DNA of 64,000 nt from a virus (taxonomy: Duplodnaviria > Caudoviricetes): IMG/VR virus record IMGVR_UViG_3300032290_001086, one strand, 5' to 3'. The notes under the pieces were generated by a model. That model ran no database searches. It worked only from the letters and a program-made list of their open reading frames with translations, and was not told the DNA's origin. This document shows positions 1-9,735 of the stretch, in pieces. The translations under genes were made by a program, and so were the position numbers. Every line of letters starts with the position of its first letter. Within the stretch, counting starts at the first letter, position 1.

Positions 1-1
1 A

Positions 2-154
2 GATTTCGTCAAATGTCGTAATCAAAAAGAGTGGGTTTGTGATAATTGTATGAAATGTGGTGATAGAGATTGTTGCTCTGGAAATCACATTATGTTTAGA
101 GTTCCTAAAACTGATGATTGTCTCTGTTCTATTTGCTTGAAGGTATTGAAATGA
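2..154 (+). CDS. Cys-rich hypothetical protein, 5'-truncated
   Basis: Open frame DFVKCRNQKEWVCDNCMKCGDRDCCSGNH...CLCSICLKVLK* ends in TGA overlapping the next ATG (ATGA at 151-154); not in the ORF track. Confidence 0.55.
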   Translation, partial: DFVKCRNQKEWVCDNCMKCGDRDCCSGNHIMFRVPKTDDCLCSICLKVLK

Positions 155-336
155 CTGAACGAGTAAAATTCAAAAGTATCACACGAGTAATCGACCCAAA
201 GACACGCATTCATTATCTTGATGCTGTTGATGAGAATGGATACCACTGGTCTGCTCAAATGACCCACCAAGAAGAACCTTGGATTATCTACAAAGAAATT
301 TGGAAAAAAGACCCACAACAACCTTACGACCTATGA
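151..336 (+). CDS. hypothetical phage protein
   Basis: ORF 118..336 trimmed to ATG 151, which has an ATGA overlap with the upstream stop. Confidence 0.65.
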   Translation: MTERVKFKSITRVIDPKTRIHYLDAVDENGYHWSAQMTHQEEPWIIYKEIWKKDPQQPYDL

Positions 337-953
337 CTGAAACTATTCAACAACTCAAAGAAGATATTGCTATTCTTCAAGAGAAACTCAATAAACTTGA
401 AGAAGCAGAAAAAGAACCTGATATGATGCTGATGCGTCAGGGTAAAGTTGATATAGTAGATTATGATACAAAAACATATTACAGAATTGAATATACAGAT
501 AGTTTTTCTGGTGCTTATGTGTGGTTTGTGCGAAGAAGGGGAGAAGATTATATCCGTCAGGTCAGAGATGTAAATGTATATGGAGTTCTTGAAAATTACT
601 ACCAGAAGCAAGTTATGAAACAAATAGAAGAGTATCCTTATAAAAAATATACACCAGATGAAGTTGCTGATGAAGTAGAGTGGGATGAGAAAGATAATCC
701 TGCTTCAATTGGATTCAAAATTGCCGATGAGGTTGTGAATAAGTTGATAAAACAACACCAAGCACAAAAACTTTTTAATAGATTGGTATATGAACTTGGT
801 TATGATTTTGATGCTTGTAATGATATTGTAGATTTGGTGGAAGACTGGATTTTGGATGAACAATCTGCTGACGGTTCGCAGAATGTGAACACCGAACTAC
901 TTGTGGAGGGGTTCAATGACGCAATACGCAAAATCAAGGAGATGTTACGATGA
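333..953 (+). CDS. hypothetical phage protein with N-terminal coiled coil
   Basis: ORF 279..953 trimmed to ATG 333 (ATGA overlap). Confidence 0.7.
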   Translation: MTETIQQLKEDIAILQEKLNKLEEAEKEPDMMLMRQGKVDIVDYDTKTYYRIEYTDSFSGAYVWFVRRRGEDYIRQVRDVNVYGVLENYYQKQVMKQIEEYPYKKYTPDEVADEVEWDEKDNPASIGFKIADEVVNKLIKQHQAQKLFNRLVYELGYDFDACNDIVDLVEDWILDEQSADGSQNVNTELLVEGFNDAIRKIKEMLR

Positions 954-1132
954 CCAAAGACACCTGGAAAAGGTGGAACATCTATACCTCAATCCATCTC
1001 TTTGAGTATTGTGTGTATTCTTGGAGAAATCATATGTGGAACCATCTTGATGGATATCCTAATGAAGAAAGAATGAGAAAACTGTTCTGGTATTATTTGA
1101 ACTACGGACACGCAAACACTTATTATGACTGA
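950..1132 (+). CDS. hypothetical aromatic-rich phage protein
   Basis: ORF coupled to its neighbours by overlaps. Confidence 0.6.
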   Translation: MTKDTWKRWNIYTSIHLFEYCVYSWRNHMWNHLDGYPNEERMRKLFWYYLNYGHANTYYD

Positions 1133-1307
1133 ACGAAACCTAAAACAACAACTCCAGTATTCCTACTATGAGGATATGGAGGATGGTAGAACAACTGAAA
1201 CGATTGATTATGATGCCTTGATTGAAATTATTGATGATTTGTATGATAAAATTGAAACACTTCAAAGGGATAATGAACTCTTGAAATCTTATGCTTGGGA
1301 ACCATGA
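1125..1307 (+). CDS. hypothetical acidic coiled-coil protein
   Basis: ORF in the tightly packed + strand array. Confidence 0.6.
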   Translation: MTERNLKQQLQYSYYEDMEDGRTTETIDYDALIEIIDDLYDKIETLQRDNELLKSYAWEP

Positions 1308-1711
1308 ACGATGATATGCCTTGGGTTAATCTCACTCAAGAAGAAGTAGAAGAACTTCGCAAACAAAAATACGAAATTACTGAATACGCCAAAGAGAAAC
1401 TGAGGAAACTTATGAACAATCAAGAACCTTATCCTGATGAAATATTTGAAGAAGCAGCGAAACGAGAAGCAGCAAACAAAGCAGCATTAGAATCACTTGG
1501 TATTGATTACGAATCTTTCGGACAGAAACCTTGGAATGAAGGTGATTTGGATTATGAAGCACCAAATGGAGACTACATCAAAAACTATCCACTTATCAAT
1601 CGTGTAGAAGTGATTGGTAAGAATGGACGAGAGTATGTTCAATATGATTGCTCTAATGTCCAAGTGTCAGAACAAGATGAAGGACGCACACTTAAGGTAT
1701 TTCTATCATGA
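1304..1711 (+). CDS. hypothetical phage protein
   Basis: ORF 1295..1711 trimmed to ATG 1304 (ATGA overlap). Confidence 0.65.
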   Translation: MNDDMPWVNLTQEEVEELRKQKYEITEYAKEKLRKLMNNQEPYPDEIFEEAAKREAANKAALESLGIDYESFGQKPWNEGDLDYEAPNGDYIKNYPLINRVEVIGKNGREYVQYDCSNVQVSEQDEGRTLKVFLS

Positions 1712-2292
1712 CTAAAATTGACCCCTATCAAGTAAAAAAAGAAGCGATTGATGAATATCTTGAAGACCAAAGAATTGAAGTAATGAAAACTGCTGTTGGT
1801 GCTGTTGGTAAGTATTCTGACCAACTCAAAGAACTTAATGAAACAGAAAAAGTAGAACTACGAGCAGAACTGGAAGCAAAGAAGAAAGAAAACTTCCAAC
1901 TGGTTGCTGATGCTTGTATGAAAAAATACGAGGAGAAGTATCAGCGTGATGTATTCCCAGTAGATGAGTATTGGGTTTATATGATTGCTGATTATTTTGC
2001 TACTGGTGAGGGTCACACCACATGTATTATGATGACACAGGCAACACCAAACTGCAAAGAGGATTTTGAAAACTCAGAAAATAAGTATGTTGCCACCACA
2101 TCTAAACAATATCGTGCTGTTCGCAAGTTCCACGAAGAGTTTGGCACCTGGATGCTGTATGGTCTGAAGTTCCTGAGCAAAGAAGATTTCCTTACGGAAT
2201 GTGCTTACTTCATCCCACCTGTGATGATGAAACTATCTAATGCCAAGTGCTTCAAAGAATTCCACACCTGTGTACATTATAACTTCTCCTAA
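1708..2292 (+). CDS. hypothetical phage protein
   Basis: 194-aa ORF with ATGA overlap. Confidence 0.7.
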   Translation: MTKIDPYQVKKEAIDEYLEDQRIEVMKTAVGAVGKYSDQLKELNETEKVELRAELEAKKKENFQLVADACMKKYEEKYQRDVFPVDEYWVYMIADYFATGEGHTTCIMMTQATPNCKEDFENSENKYVATTSKQYRAVRKFHEEFGTWMLYGLKFLSKEDFLTECAYFIPPVMMKLSNAKCFKEFHTCVHYNFS

Positions 2293-2294
2293 TC

Positions 2295-2576
2295 ATGAAA
2301 ATTAAATTTAACGGACACTCTCCCACTGACCGTGAGGTAGAGTTCACACAAAATGAAATACCAATGACCGACAAAGAACTCTACAACCCCGATGAGTTTG
2401 TGCTTGACAACATCAAAGGGTATCACTATGAGGTGATGGATGAAGGGCATCATGTGTGGATGGCATTCTATTTGGAGAATGGTAGCACAGGACACTTGAA
2501 TATTTTCCTGAATGATGGTAAGATTAACACACGATATGAGGAATGGCATGACGAGCAATCCACTGAAACTAAATGA
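2295..2576 (+). CDS. hypothetical phage protein
   Basis: ORF in the packed array. Confidence 0.6.
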   Translation: MKIKFNGHSPTDREVEFTQNEIPMTDKELYNPDEFVLDNIKGYHYEVMDEGHHVWMAFYLENGSTGHLNIFLNDGKINTRYEEWHDEQSTETK

Positions 2577-2853
2577 AGAAGCACCAGCATTCTCATACAC
2601 ACGAGAAGAGCTATTCAATACGATTATGTGTATTGTAGCACACCCACATAAAACACTCACAGAGCATGACAAAGCTCGTGCTATGGCAATCTTTCTAACC
2701 TTTGGTGATTATCTTGGTAATTACACCGAGAGTGACAACAACGGTGGACATTATGTTTATGAAAGTGATGTCACTGACTTTGAGGGTTTAGTGATGGAAA
2801 TGCTAGATGAAGAAATGTATGGGTCCATCACAGCAACGGATGTTCTCAAATGA
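2548..2853 (+). CDS. hypothetical phage protein
   Basis: ORF 2512..2853; likely start ATG 2548 after GAGG. Confidence 0.6.
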   Translation: MTSNPLKLNEEAPAFSYTREELFNTIMCIVAHPHKTLTEHDKARAMAIFLTFGDYLGNYTESDNNGGHYVYESDVTDFEGLVMEMLDEEMYGSITATDVLK

Positions 2854-3080
2854 AACCAACTGAAGCAGGATTTGATGGAGAAAAAGGTTTAAACCTTAAT
2901 ATGTCACATCTGCCCAATGGGGGAATATATAAACTGCGACGTGGTTCTACTCCTCCATGGACATTTAATTCTAATTTTAGAAATCAATTGATGTGGCAAC
3001 AAACAACACCACCTAGACTTTTATATTGTAACTCAGACAACCTGTGGTTTGAATTGGACTTTATTCCTATAGAAACATGA
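2850..3080 (+). CDS. hypothetical phage protein
   Basis: ATGA overlaps at both ends. Confidence 0.55.
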   Translation: MKPTEAGFDGEKGLNLNMSHLPNGGIYKLRRGSTPPWTFNSNFRNQLMWQQTTPPRLLYCNSDNLWFELDFIPIET

Positions 3081-3430
3081 TTCCTCTCATAAACAAATGG
3101 ATAATCGGATTTAAACCGATTAGATATACTGCATTCTGGTATTGGTATCGTTTGTGTTGTCATGATGATTATCGACTCGATGATAGACATTTGTGTGCAG
3201 ATTTCTGGTATCAATTAAACTATGGCTGGTGGACTATGGAATATGATACATTCATTGAAAATACTAATGAAAGTGATATGTTCATAAGTTCTCCTGATGA
3301 GATTCCAGAGACCATCTACTTGACAGAGGAGGCTTTTGACTCTATGATGGAGAAGATAAACAACCCAGCCCCACCCACGCCATTTCTACGCCAACTACTC
3401 TCTCGACCTGCACCTTGGGACAATGACTGA
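3077..3430 (+). CDS. hypothetical phage protein
   Basis: ORF with ATGA overlap. Confidence 0.6.
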   Translation: MIPLINKWIIGFKPIRYTAFWYWYRLCCHDDYRLDDRHLCADFWYQLNYGWWTMEYDTFIENTNESDMFISSPDEIPETIYLTEEAFDSMMEKINNPAPPTPFLRQLLSRPAPWDND

Positions 3431-3635
3431 CCTTGAACGACTCAAAGCTTACGATGATGAGCTTTCCAAAGTAATGCCACCTGACTTCAAAGATTGGTGG
3501 CAAGGTAGTAAGAATGAGTGGCCTGAGATTGCTGCTGCTGTCATTACAAGTTTGCGTGAGCGTGAAGAGCTTGCATGGTTGCATTTTGAACAATGTCGGG
3601 ATGAAATGTTTAGGAGGGAACTCGATGAAAGTTAA
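3423..3635 (+). CDS. hypothetical phage protein
   Basis: ORF in the packed array. Confidence 0.6.
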   Translation: MTDLERLKAYDDELSKVMPPDFKDWWQGSKNEWPEIAAAVITSLREREELAWLHFEQCRDEMFRRELDES

Positions 3636-3810
3636 AACTCGTGTTATTCTAGAACAAGCTATTGAAGAAGGTGTCCGTCGTGGTTGGCACCTCGCACACA
3701 AACATGTAGAGAATCCTGCTCCTAGTGCTGTCATGGAGCGTATTGACGACGCTGTAATGGCTCAAATCTACGAATACTTTACTTTTGATGATGAACTACA
3801 CATTTCCTGA
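3625..3810 (+). CDS. hypothetical phage protein (MKVKTRVILEQAIEEG...)
   Basis: ORF 3514..3810 trimmed to ATG 3625, preceded by SD AGGAGG. Confidence 0.65.
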   Translation: MKVKTRVILEQAIEEGVRRGWHLAHKHVENPAPSAVMERIDDAVMAQIYEYFTFDDELHIS

Positions 3811-4954
3811 AATCAATCACATTGATGATGTTCTTCTACAGATTGAAGACAAGCCAGAATTTAAAGTAATGGACAAAGGTTGGTACACTGTTATCAACTA
3901 CATGGTGGCATTTGAAGATACATTTTCACTCATTCGCCATCGCACACATTACAACATGTGGATGCGTCGTGAATGTCGTGGACTTATCTTTAATACTGCT
4001 ACTGGTGAACTTATTTCTCGTCCATACCATAAGTTCTTTAATGTTGGTGAGCGTGATGAAACTCAGATTGATACACTCAACTTGAGTGCTTCACATGTAG
4101 TTCTGGAGAAGTTAGATGGTTCGATGATTCGACCTATTCCAACTACAGAAGGTTTTCGTTTAGGTACAAAAGCTGGTATTACTGATGTTGCAATGAATGC
4201 AGAAGTATTCATTGGAGATAAACCACAATATGGTACTTTCATTCGTGCCATGATTGATGGTGGAATGACACCTATCTTTGAATGGTGTTCACGAAAAAAT
4301 CGTATTGTAGTTGATTATCCTGAAGACCAACTCATTCTCACTGGTATTCGTAACCTCACTAAAGGTAACTATCTACCATACTTCAACATGGTAGAACTTG
4401 CATCACACTATGACATTCCATGTGTAAAAGCATATTCTAAAGGTGTTCCTACTAGCGAAGATTTAATCAATCATATTCGTACATGGGATGATGGTGAAGG
4501 TGTAGTCATTCGCTTTGATGATGGTCATATGGTCAAAATCAAAGCTGATGAATATATTCTTCGCCATCGGTCAAAGGAACAAATTAATTCAGAGAAGAAT
4601 ATCATTCAAGTTATCATCAATGATGCAGTAGATGATATGATTCCTCTGCTCACTGAGGATGATTCTGCTCGACTACGAAAGTTCCAGGCTGAGTTTTGGA
4701 GTGCAGTTGATGAAGTGGCACAAGACCTTACCACCATCTTTGAAGGTGGTAATAGAATGTATCCAGATAAAAAGGAGTTTGCCGTTGAGTTTGTAAATCG
4801 AATGCTTCTTCCTATGCATCGTCCATTCATGTTTGGCATGAAACAGGGCAAAGAATGCAAACAACTTTTGATTGATTCAATCGAAAAGTCTCTCACTTCA
4901 CAAACCAAACTAAACGATTCTCGCTGGATGTTCGGAGGTATTTCATGGAACTGA
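3785..4954 (+). CDS. rnlA: T4 Rnl1-type RNA ligase
   Basis: Rnl1 motifs ECRGLIF, RPYHKFFNVGE, adenylation motif EKLDGS (KxDG), FE, EGVV and KIK. Confidence 0.9.
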   Translation: MMMNYTFPEINHIDDVLLQIEDKPEFKVMDKGWYTVINYMVAFEDTFSLIRHRTHYNMWMRRECRGLIFNTATGELISRPYHKFFNVGERDETQIDTLNLSASHVVLEKLDGSMIRPIPTTEGFRLGTKAGITDVAMNAEVFIGDKPQYGTFIRAMIDGGMTPIFEWCSRKNRIVVDYPEDQLILTGIRNLTKGNYLPYFNMVELASHYDIPCVKAYSKGVPTSEDLINHIRTWDDGEGVVIRFDDGHMVKIKADEYILRHRSKEQINSEKNIIQVIINDAVDDMIPLLTEDDSARLRKFQAEFWSAVDEVAQDLTTIFEGGNRMYPDKKEFAVEFVNRMLLPMHRPFMFGMKQGKECKQLLIDSIEKSLTSQTKLNDSRWMFGGISWN

Positions 4955-5445
4955 TTATGATGTGTGGCATTCCTTGTTCAGGTAAGTCTACCTACATTCG
5001 CAGGGGAGTTGAGAATACAGATTACTTTGATGAATATGTAATTCTCTCTACCGATAATTACATTGAGAATATTGCAAAAGAAAACAACACAACTTACAAT
5101 GAAATCTTTCAAGATGTGATTGAAGAAGCTACAGTTAAAATGTACCAAGACCTTGACCTTGCTATTCAGCGAGGCAAATCAATTATCTGGGACCAAACAA
5201 ATCTATCTAAGAAAACTCGCAAGAAGAAACTTAAAAAGATTCCATGTGAATATACTAAAACTGCAATAATTCTTCCTCTTACTCTTGAAGAAGCTTTCAT
5301 TCGCAATTCGCAAAGAGCGAATAAGTTTATTGCACGTTCTGTTATTCATCGCATGTATCATCAATTTGAACTTCCAACTGAAGATGAAGGATTTGATGTT
5401 ATCATGACTCATGATGGTTCTCATCTTAAGATGGAAGTTGCTTGA
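4945..5445 (+). CDS. P-loop polynucleotide 5'-kinase (PseT/Pnk N-terminal-like, AAA_33)
   Basis: Walker A GIPCSGKST, DQTN motif, lid arginines (RNSQR); directly downstream of the RNA ligase. Confidence 0.8.
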   Translation: MELIMMCGIPCSGKSTYIRRGVENTDYFDEYVILSTDNYIENIAKENNTTYNEIFQDVIEEATVKMYQDLDLAIQRGKSIIWDQTNLSKKTRKKKLKKIPCEYTKTAIILPLTLEEAFIRNSQRANKFIARSVIHRMYHQFELPTEDEGFDVIMTHDGSHLKMEVA

Positions 5446-5822
5446 TGATTTCTGATTCGATTTTTGACCAAGCAATTGCAACTGCAAAGTCTTCGCCATC
5501 TAAAAAGCAAGTTGGTGCTCTGCTACTGAATAAAAATAAAGTAGTTGTTGCAGCCACCAATCTAGAAACTAAATCACATCCATTGCAGGCTAAATTTGCA
5601 AAACGAGTTGGTCTTGACCCAAAAATATATCTTCATGCAGAAATCGCTGCGCTTGTTAAGTGTCGTGAAGAAGCAGATACTATCATTGTTGCAAGAGTCA
5701 ATCCTCAAGGTAAACTACGAATGGCTCGCCCGTGTCCTATTTGCGAACTAGCTCTTAAGGAAGCTGGTATTACTCACATTCATTATACTACTAATCATGG
5801 ATTTCTCTACGAATACTCCTAA
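5442..5822 (+). CDS. Zn-dependent cytidine/deoxycytidylate deaminase-fold protein
   Basis: HAE...PCPIC Zn-binding signature of the CDA superfamily. Confidence 0.85.
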   Translation: MMISDSIFDQAIATAKSSPSKKQVGALLLNKNKVVVAATNLETKSHPLQAKFAKRVGLDPKIYLHAEIAALVKCREEADTIIVARVNPQGKLRMARPCPICELALKEAGITHIHYTTNHGFLYEYS

Positions 5823-6270
5823 AGAAAAATGTATTATTTTTGACCTAGATGGTACTCTATGCGATGTGACAAATCGTAGACAATTTGTTGCAACCAAACC
5901 TCGTAACTGGGACGCATGGAATAAAGGTATCTCTAATGATAAACCTATAAAGCAAGTGCTTGCAATTTTTCATGCATTGAAGTATTTCTATGCTGTTTTC
6001 TTTGTGAGTGGCCGTTCTGATGATTATCGGAATGTAACTCTTGAATGGTTTGAAAAGCATAGTATCATGGATGATGATTATAATGGTCTATACATGAGAA
6101 AGTATCAAGACCATCGTGATGATGCTATTGTAAAGGCAGAAATTGCGAATGAAATTGAAAAACAGTATCAAATCTTTGCAGTCTTTGATGACCGTAAAAG
6201 AGTATTGACAATGTGGCAGGAGCGTGGTATATTTACTTTTGATGTCTCCCAAGGTAAAGGTGATTTCTAA
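5797..6270 (+). CDS. HAD-family polynucleotide 3'-phosphatase (PseT C-terminal-like)
   Basis: DLDGT, VSGR, LYMR..D.R.D..VK and FDDR motifs typical of the PNKP phosphatase domain. Confidence 0.85.
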   Translation: MDFSTNTPKEKCIIFDLDGTLCDVTNRRQFVATKPRNWDAWNKGISNDKPIKQVLAIFHALKYFYAVFFVSGRSDDYRNVTLEWFEKHSIMDDDYNGLYMRKYQDHRDDAIVKAEIANEIEKQYQIFAVFDDRKRVLTMWQERGIFTFDVSQGKGDF

Positions 6271-6635
6271 TGGGAATGTTTGATAGAGTTCGTTGTTCAT
6301 ATAAAATCAACGAACATTTTAATTCTAACATACTGCAGACCAAAGGATTAAAGTGTGCATTATCTGAATATTGGATTAGTCCTGCTGGTGAATTATTTGA
6401 AGTTGATGATTGTATCACTGCAGACTTCATAGAAGTTGATGATGAAACACTTCCACCTTGGGCTAGATTTCAATGGATTCCCAATGGCAATCATGGTAAA
6501 GTAACACCTGTGTACATTACAGATTGTATTGAAGTTTATCCAGAACAAAATCCCAAGCATACATGGGAACACTGGCCACGATGTAATATATGTTTTAAAT
6601 TAGGTAAGATTACACACGTTGAAATACTTAGATGA
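6270..6635 (+). CDS. hypothetical phage protein (MGMFD.. family)
   Basis: ORF with TAATG overlap. Confidence 0.7.
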   Translation: MGMFDRVRCSYKINEHFNSNILQTKGLKCALSEYWISPAGELFEVDDCITADFIEVDDETLPPWARFQWIPNGNHGKVTPVYITDCIEVYPEQNPKHTWEHWPRCNICFKLGKITHVEILR

Positions 6636-6934
6636 GTGATTTCCCATACGAAGGATTTCCATACAGGTTAGAATACACTGATGGAAAGGAAGACAGAATT
6701 TGTTGGTTTACATGTCAAGAACATCTTCAAAAACATATTGATAGACACAAACCAACAAATGCAAGTATTCAAACAATCAAACAAAAAACAAAAGAAAAGA
6801 AACAAGAACTGTTTTCATCTCTAGACACATTTTTTACATCAAATGAAGAACCAGTGGTGGCACCTTTGGGCACTCGCACTAGGAGAAAAAGCCCACAAAA
6901 ACGACAAAGTAGCAGACAAAGTAGCAACAGTTAG
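6632..6934 (+). CDS. hypothetical cyanophage protein
   Basis: ORF with ATGA overlap. Confidence 0.6.
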   Translation: MSDFPYEGFPYRLEYTDGKEDRICWFTCQEHLQKHIDRHKPTNASIQTIKQKTKEKKQELFSSLDTFFTSNEEPVVAPLGTRTRRKSPQKRQSSRQSSNS

Positions 6935-7166
6935 GTCTATCATTTTTGCTACATATCTCATTACAAATGCTTTTATTGTGGCAGGAGTGATAAGACACTG
7001 GAATGATAGAGAAATTAAAGTTGAGGTAGAAATCTATGAAAATTCAAACTATGCAGAAAAACTTTACTCAGAAGGACGGAACTACTTGGGAGTGGACAGA
7101 AACACCCGAATTGAGGGAATATATTCGTCAGGAACAATCAAGAACCGCACTGGAGAATTTGAATGA
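6843..7166 (+). CDS. hypothetical membrane protein
   Basis: WWHLWALALGEKA start and hydrophobic segment SIIFATYLITNAFIVAGVI. Confidence 0.6.
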   Translation: MKNQWWHLWALALGEKAHKNDKVADKVATVRSIIFATYLITNAFIVAGVIRHWNDREIKVEVEIYENSNYAEKLYSEGRNYLGVDRNTRIEGIYSSGTIKNRTGEFE

Positions 7167-7399
7167 CAAACCAAAACGAGCATCCTGAAATTGCTGAGGT
7201 AGATTGGATTGATGATACATTTCGTGTTGAGCAATCTCGTTGGAAAACTTGGAAGAGTTTTCATAAGAATGGGGACTCACTTATTACTTCTCTCTCACGG
7301 GAAACTTGCATCAATGCAACAAGATTCTATCTTAAAGGTAAACAAGAAGGGTTTACAGAAAGTACACGTTATGAAGGTACGGTAGGTGGAAAACTCTAA
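7163..7399 (+). CDS. hypothetical cyanophage protein
   Basis: ORF with ATGA overlap, ends YEGTVGGKL. Confidence 0.65.
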   Translation: MTNQNEHPEIAEVDWIDDTFRVEQSRWKTWKSFHKNGDSLITSLSRETCINATRFYLKGKQEGFTESTRYEGTVGGKL

Positions 7400-7553
7400 T
7401 GATGTACCAGTTCACGTACTGGACCCAACGACACCCTGGTATGAGTTTTTGTCCTATACTGAGGTCTGTTGGAGCTTGAATCCACCAGGACATCCATCAC
7501 TTACAAGGTTTATGCGTTATCATGATTATCTCAAGGAGGTTGGTCTGAAATGA
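7386..7553 (+). CDS. small hypothetical protein (55 aa; ..VHVLDPTTPWYEFLSY..)
   Basis: GTG start; the open frame fills the gap and ends in an ATGA overlap with the next gene; not in the ORF track. Confidence 0.55.
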   Translation: MENSNDVPVHVLDPTTPWYEFLSYTEVCWSLNPPGHPSLTRFMRYHDYLKEVGLK

Positions 7554-7732
7554 ATGAAGTTACAATTACATCTGACAAATATACAGATGCAGAACTTGAT
7601 GCGATGTGTTTGTATTCTGAAAATGTTGAACTGAAACGAAAGATTCAGATTCTTGAAGATGAGAATCTAAAACTCAAAAATGAACTACTTGAACTCTCTA
7701 CACAAATGGAAGGTATGATTTATGAAGCCTGA
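7550..7732 (+). CDS. hypothetical coiled-coil protein
   Basis: SD AGGAGG upstream; heptad pattern. Confidence 0.65.
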   Translation: MNEVTITSDKYTDAELDAMCLYSENVELKRKIQILEDENLKLKNELLELSTQMEGMIYEA

Positions 7733-8126
7733 TAATACTATTCGCAATTTTCTGATTGTTGGTAGTTCTTTCTTTGTCTCACTCATTGTTATCAGTTCTA
7801 TTGCTGGTCCAATGTATAATGTGTGGGCACAATCTCTTGCTGGTAAGGCAGAATTGCAAAAAGCAGAATATACTCGTCAGGTAGCAGTTCTAGAAGCACA
7901 AGCAAAGAAAGATTCAGCACAACAACTTGCTGATGCTGAAATCATTCGTGCTACTGGTGTTGCCAAAGCAAACCAAATCATTGGTAATTCACTGAAAGAT
8001 AACCGTGAGTATCTTCAGTATCTGTATATTACTGGTCTAGAAGAAGGTGCAAACAAAGGTAACGTGACCATTTATGTACCAACAGAAGGTGGAATGCCAG
8101 TTCCAACACTTCAAATGAATAAGTGA
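7722..8126 (+). CDS. membrane-anchored SPFH/band-7-like coiled-coil protein
   Basis: N-terminal TM helix, then AE-rich coiled coil (EAQAKK..ADAEIIRATGVAKAN) and YLQYLYI tail typical of prohibitin-like C-termini. Confidence 0.6.
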   Translation: MKPDNTIRNFLIVGSSFFVSLIVISSIAGPMYNVWAQSLAGKAELQKAEYTRQVAVLEAQAKKDSAQQLADAEIIRATGVAKANQIIGNSLKDNREYLQYLYITGLEEGANKGNVTIYVPTEGGMPVPTLQMNK

Positions 8127-8130
8127 TTCT

Positions 8131-8157
8131 AGAGGGGCGAAAGCCCCTCTTTTTTTC
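8131..8157 (+). terminator. Rho-independent terminator
   Basis: AGAGGGGC-GAAA-GCCCCTCT followed by a T-run. Confidence 0.9.
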
Positions 8158-8184
8158 TAAATATTTAAAATTTGACTAACTCCA

Positions 8185-9732
8185 ATGGCAGCAACTACAG
8201 CAAAAGAAAACTTAATGTGTTTAGCTTTTGCATATTTTATGGATACTAGACCAAGTATAAAAGGTAACGAAGAACATTTTAGTACATGGGAAAAAATGTT
8301 CAATGACTTTAAAGTAAATGAAGTGAAGTCAAAGTATAAATCTTATCTTGAATATGGATTTGATTATTCTGGCATTAAAACCGCATATAGTTACACTAAA
8401 AAAGCTTCACATGCACATGTTGTAGTAGCATATAAACAAATTGAAAAGTTATATTATTCTGGAATCATATCAAAGTCTAAAAACTATAGAATTTACACTC
8501 AAAGTAGTTCATTCACAAAAACAGTTAAAGATGCATGTCTGAAGAAACTAAAGCAGATATTTGATATAAAAGGTGATGCTCAGATTTTATCTCCTGTTGA
8601 TTTCTTTATTGTGAACTACCCAGAAAAATCTGATATAGAAAAACAGTTTAGAGATAATATTTTAAATGTTAAGAGTGACCAAGAAATACTCATAAACTAC
8701 CACAAGAATAAAACCAAAACATATGAACATATAATTGCAAAGTTGTTTAAATCTCAAGACTTAATTGGTGTATCTCATAAGATGTTAGGAAGTAAATCTA
8801 GTGTTCCTACAGTTAAAGTTGCAGGAAATATTAGAAAACTTGGAAAGTATGATGCAAAATATATTGACCCATATTCTCAATTTGTTCTTTTATTGAAAGA
8901 CAAAAGACCATCTGAAGTTCAAAGATTAATTGATGAAGTAATTGAAGTAAAGTATAACTTATGGAATGTTAGAGAGAATCTAGACTCTTCTAGTTGGAAA
9001 TTAGTATTTGATTTTAATTACAATAAAATAAACAAACAGTTTGAAGATAGTAGATTCAATCTAGAACCACTCCCATCTGGAGGTTCTGGTAGTTACAATG
9101 GAAAGTTTGATATTAAGAAGGGAGCTGCAGCTAAAACTCCATGGGTGGCAGGAATGTCACCTAAAACATTAGAACCCATGTTATCTTCATATCCTGGATA
9201 TGATAGTATTATGGAATTATTATCTAGAAGGCGTGTTGCTGCATTTTTAAAAGTATCCGATGTTCAAAAGGAAACTGATATAACAACACCAGAAGGAAGA
9301 AAGGCATTAACATTTATAAAGAAACGACAATTTCATTCATATAAAGAATTGAAGAAAACGTTAGAACCATATTTTGAACAATTAGGGAACTCAACTTTAT
9401 TAGATTCTTATTTGAGAGAATGTGTTAAGACTATTCGTGAAGAAGGAAAATATACTGCAAATCTTGACATCGTAAGAACTGAAAAGATTCTATCAAATCA
9501 TTATACTTCTCTTCAGATGTCATATTTTTGGCTTGCGGGTGGAAGAGAGTTTAGACTATATCTAAAGAAACAAATATTCTTTACTATATTTGGTGCAATT
9601 ACTAAACGTTCTTTTGCTGGTGTAACTGGTTCCAATGTATTGGTAGATGCATTAAGTAAGCAAGTATTAACTGAAAAAAATAGAGAAGTTAAAGTATCAG
9701 TAACATCTGCTCCACATATTATAATGATGTAG
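8185..9732 (+). CDS. large basic protein, possible PD-(D/E)XK nuclease
   Basis: 515-aa Lys-rich ORF; SPVDFF...LIGVSHK resembles a PD...(D/E/S)xK core; CTAAATA late-like promoter at 8157-8163. Confidence 0.6.
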   Translation: MAATTAKENLMCLAFAYFMDTRPSIKGNEEHFSTWEKMFNDFKVNEVKSKYKSYLEYGFDYSGIKTAYSYTKKASHAHVVVAYKQIEKLYYSGIISKSKNYRIYTQSSSFTKTVKDACLKKLKQIFDIKGDAQILSPVDFFIVNYPEKSDIEKQFRDNILNVKSDQEILINYHKNKTKTYEHIIAKLFKSQDLIGVSHKMLGSKSSVPTVKVAGNIRKLGKYDAKYIDPYSQFVLLLKDKRPSEVQRLIDEVIEVKYNLWNVRENLDSSSWKLVFDFNYNKINKQFEDSRFNLEPLPSGGSGSYNGKFDIKKGAAAKTPWVAGMSPKTLEPMLSSYPGYDSIMELLSRRRVAAFLKVSDVQKETDITTPEGRKALTFIKKRQFHSYKELKKTLEPYFEQLGNSTLLDSYLRECVKTIREEGKYTANLDIVRTEKILSNHYTSLQMSYFWLAGGREFRLYLKKQIFFTIFGAITKRSFAGVTGSNVLVDALSKQVLTEKNREVKVSVTSAPHIIMM

Positions 9733-9735
9733 ATG

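Noticed and set aside
7404-7425. GTACCAGTTCACGTACTGGACC, resembling the early-promoter palindrome
   Set aside because: It lies inside a plausible coding frame (7386-7553); the nearest -10-like hexamer (TATGAG) is weak, so it is not called
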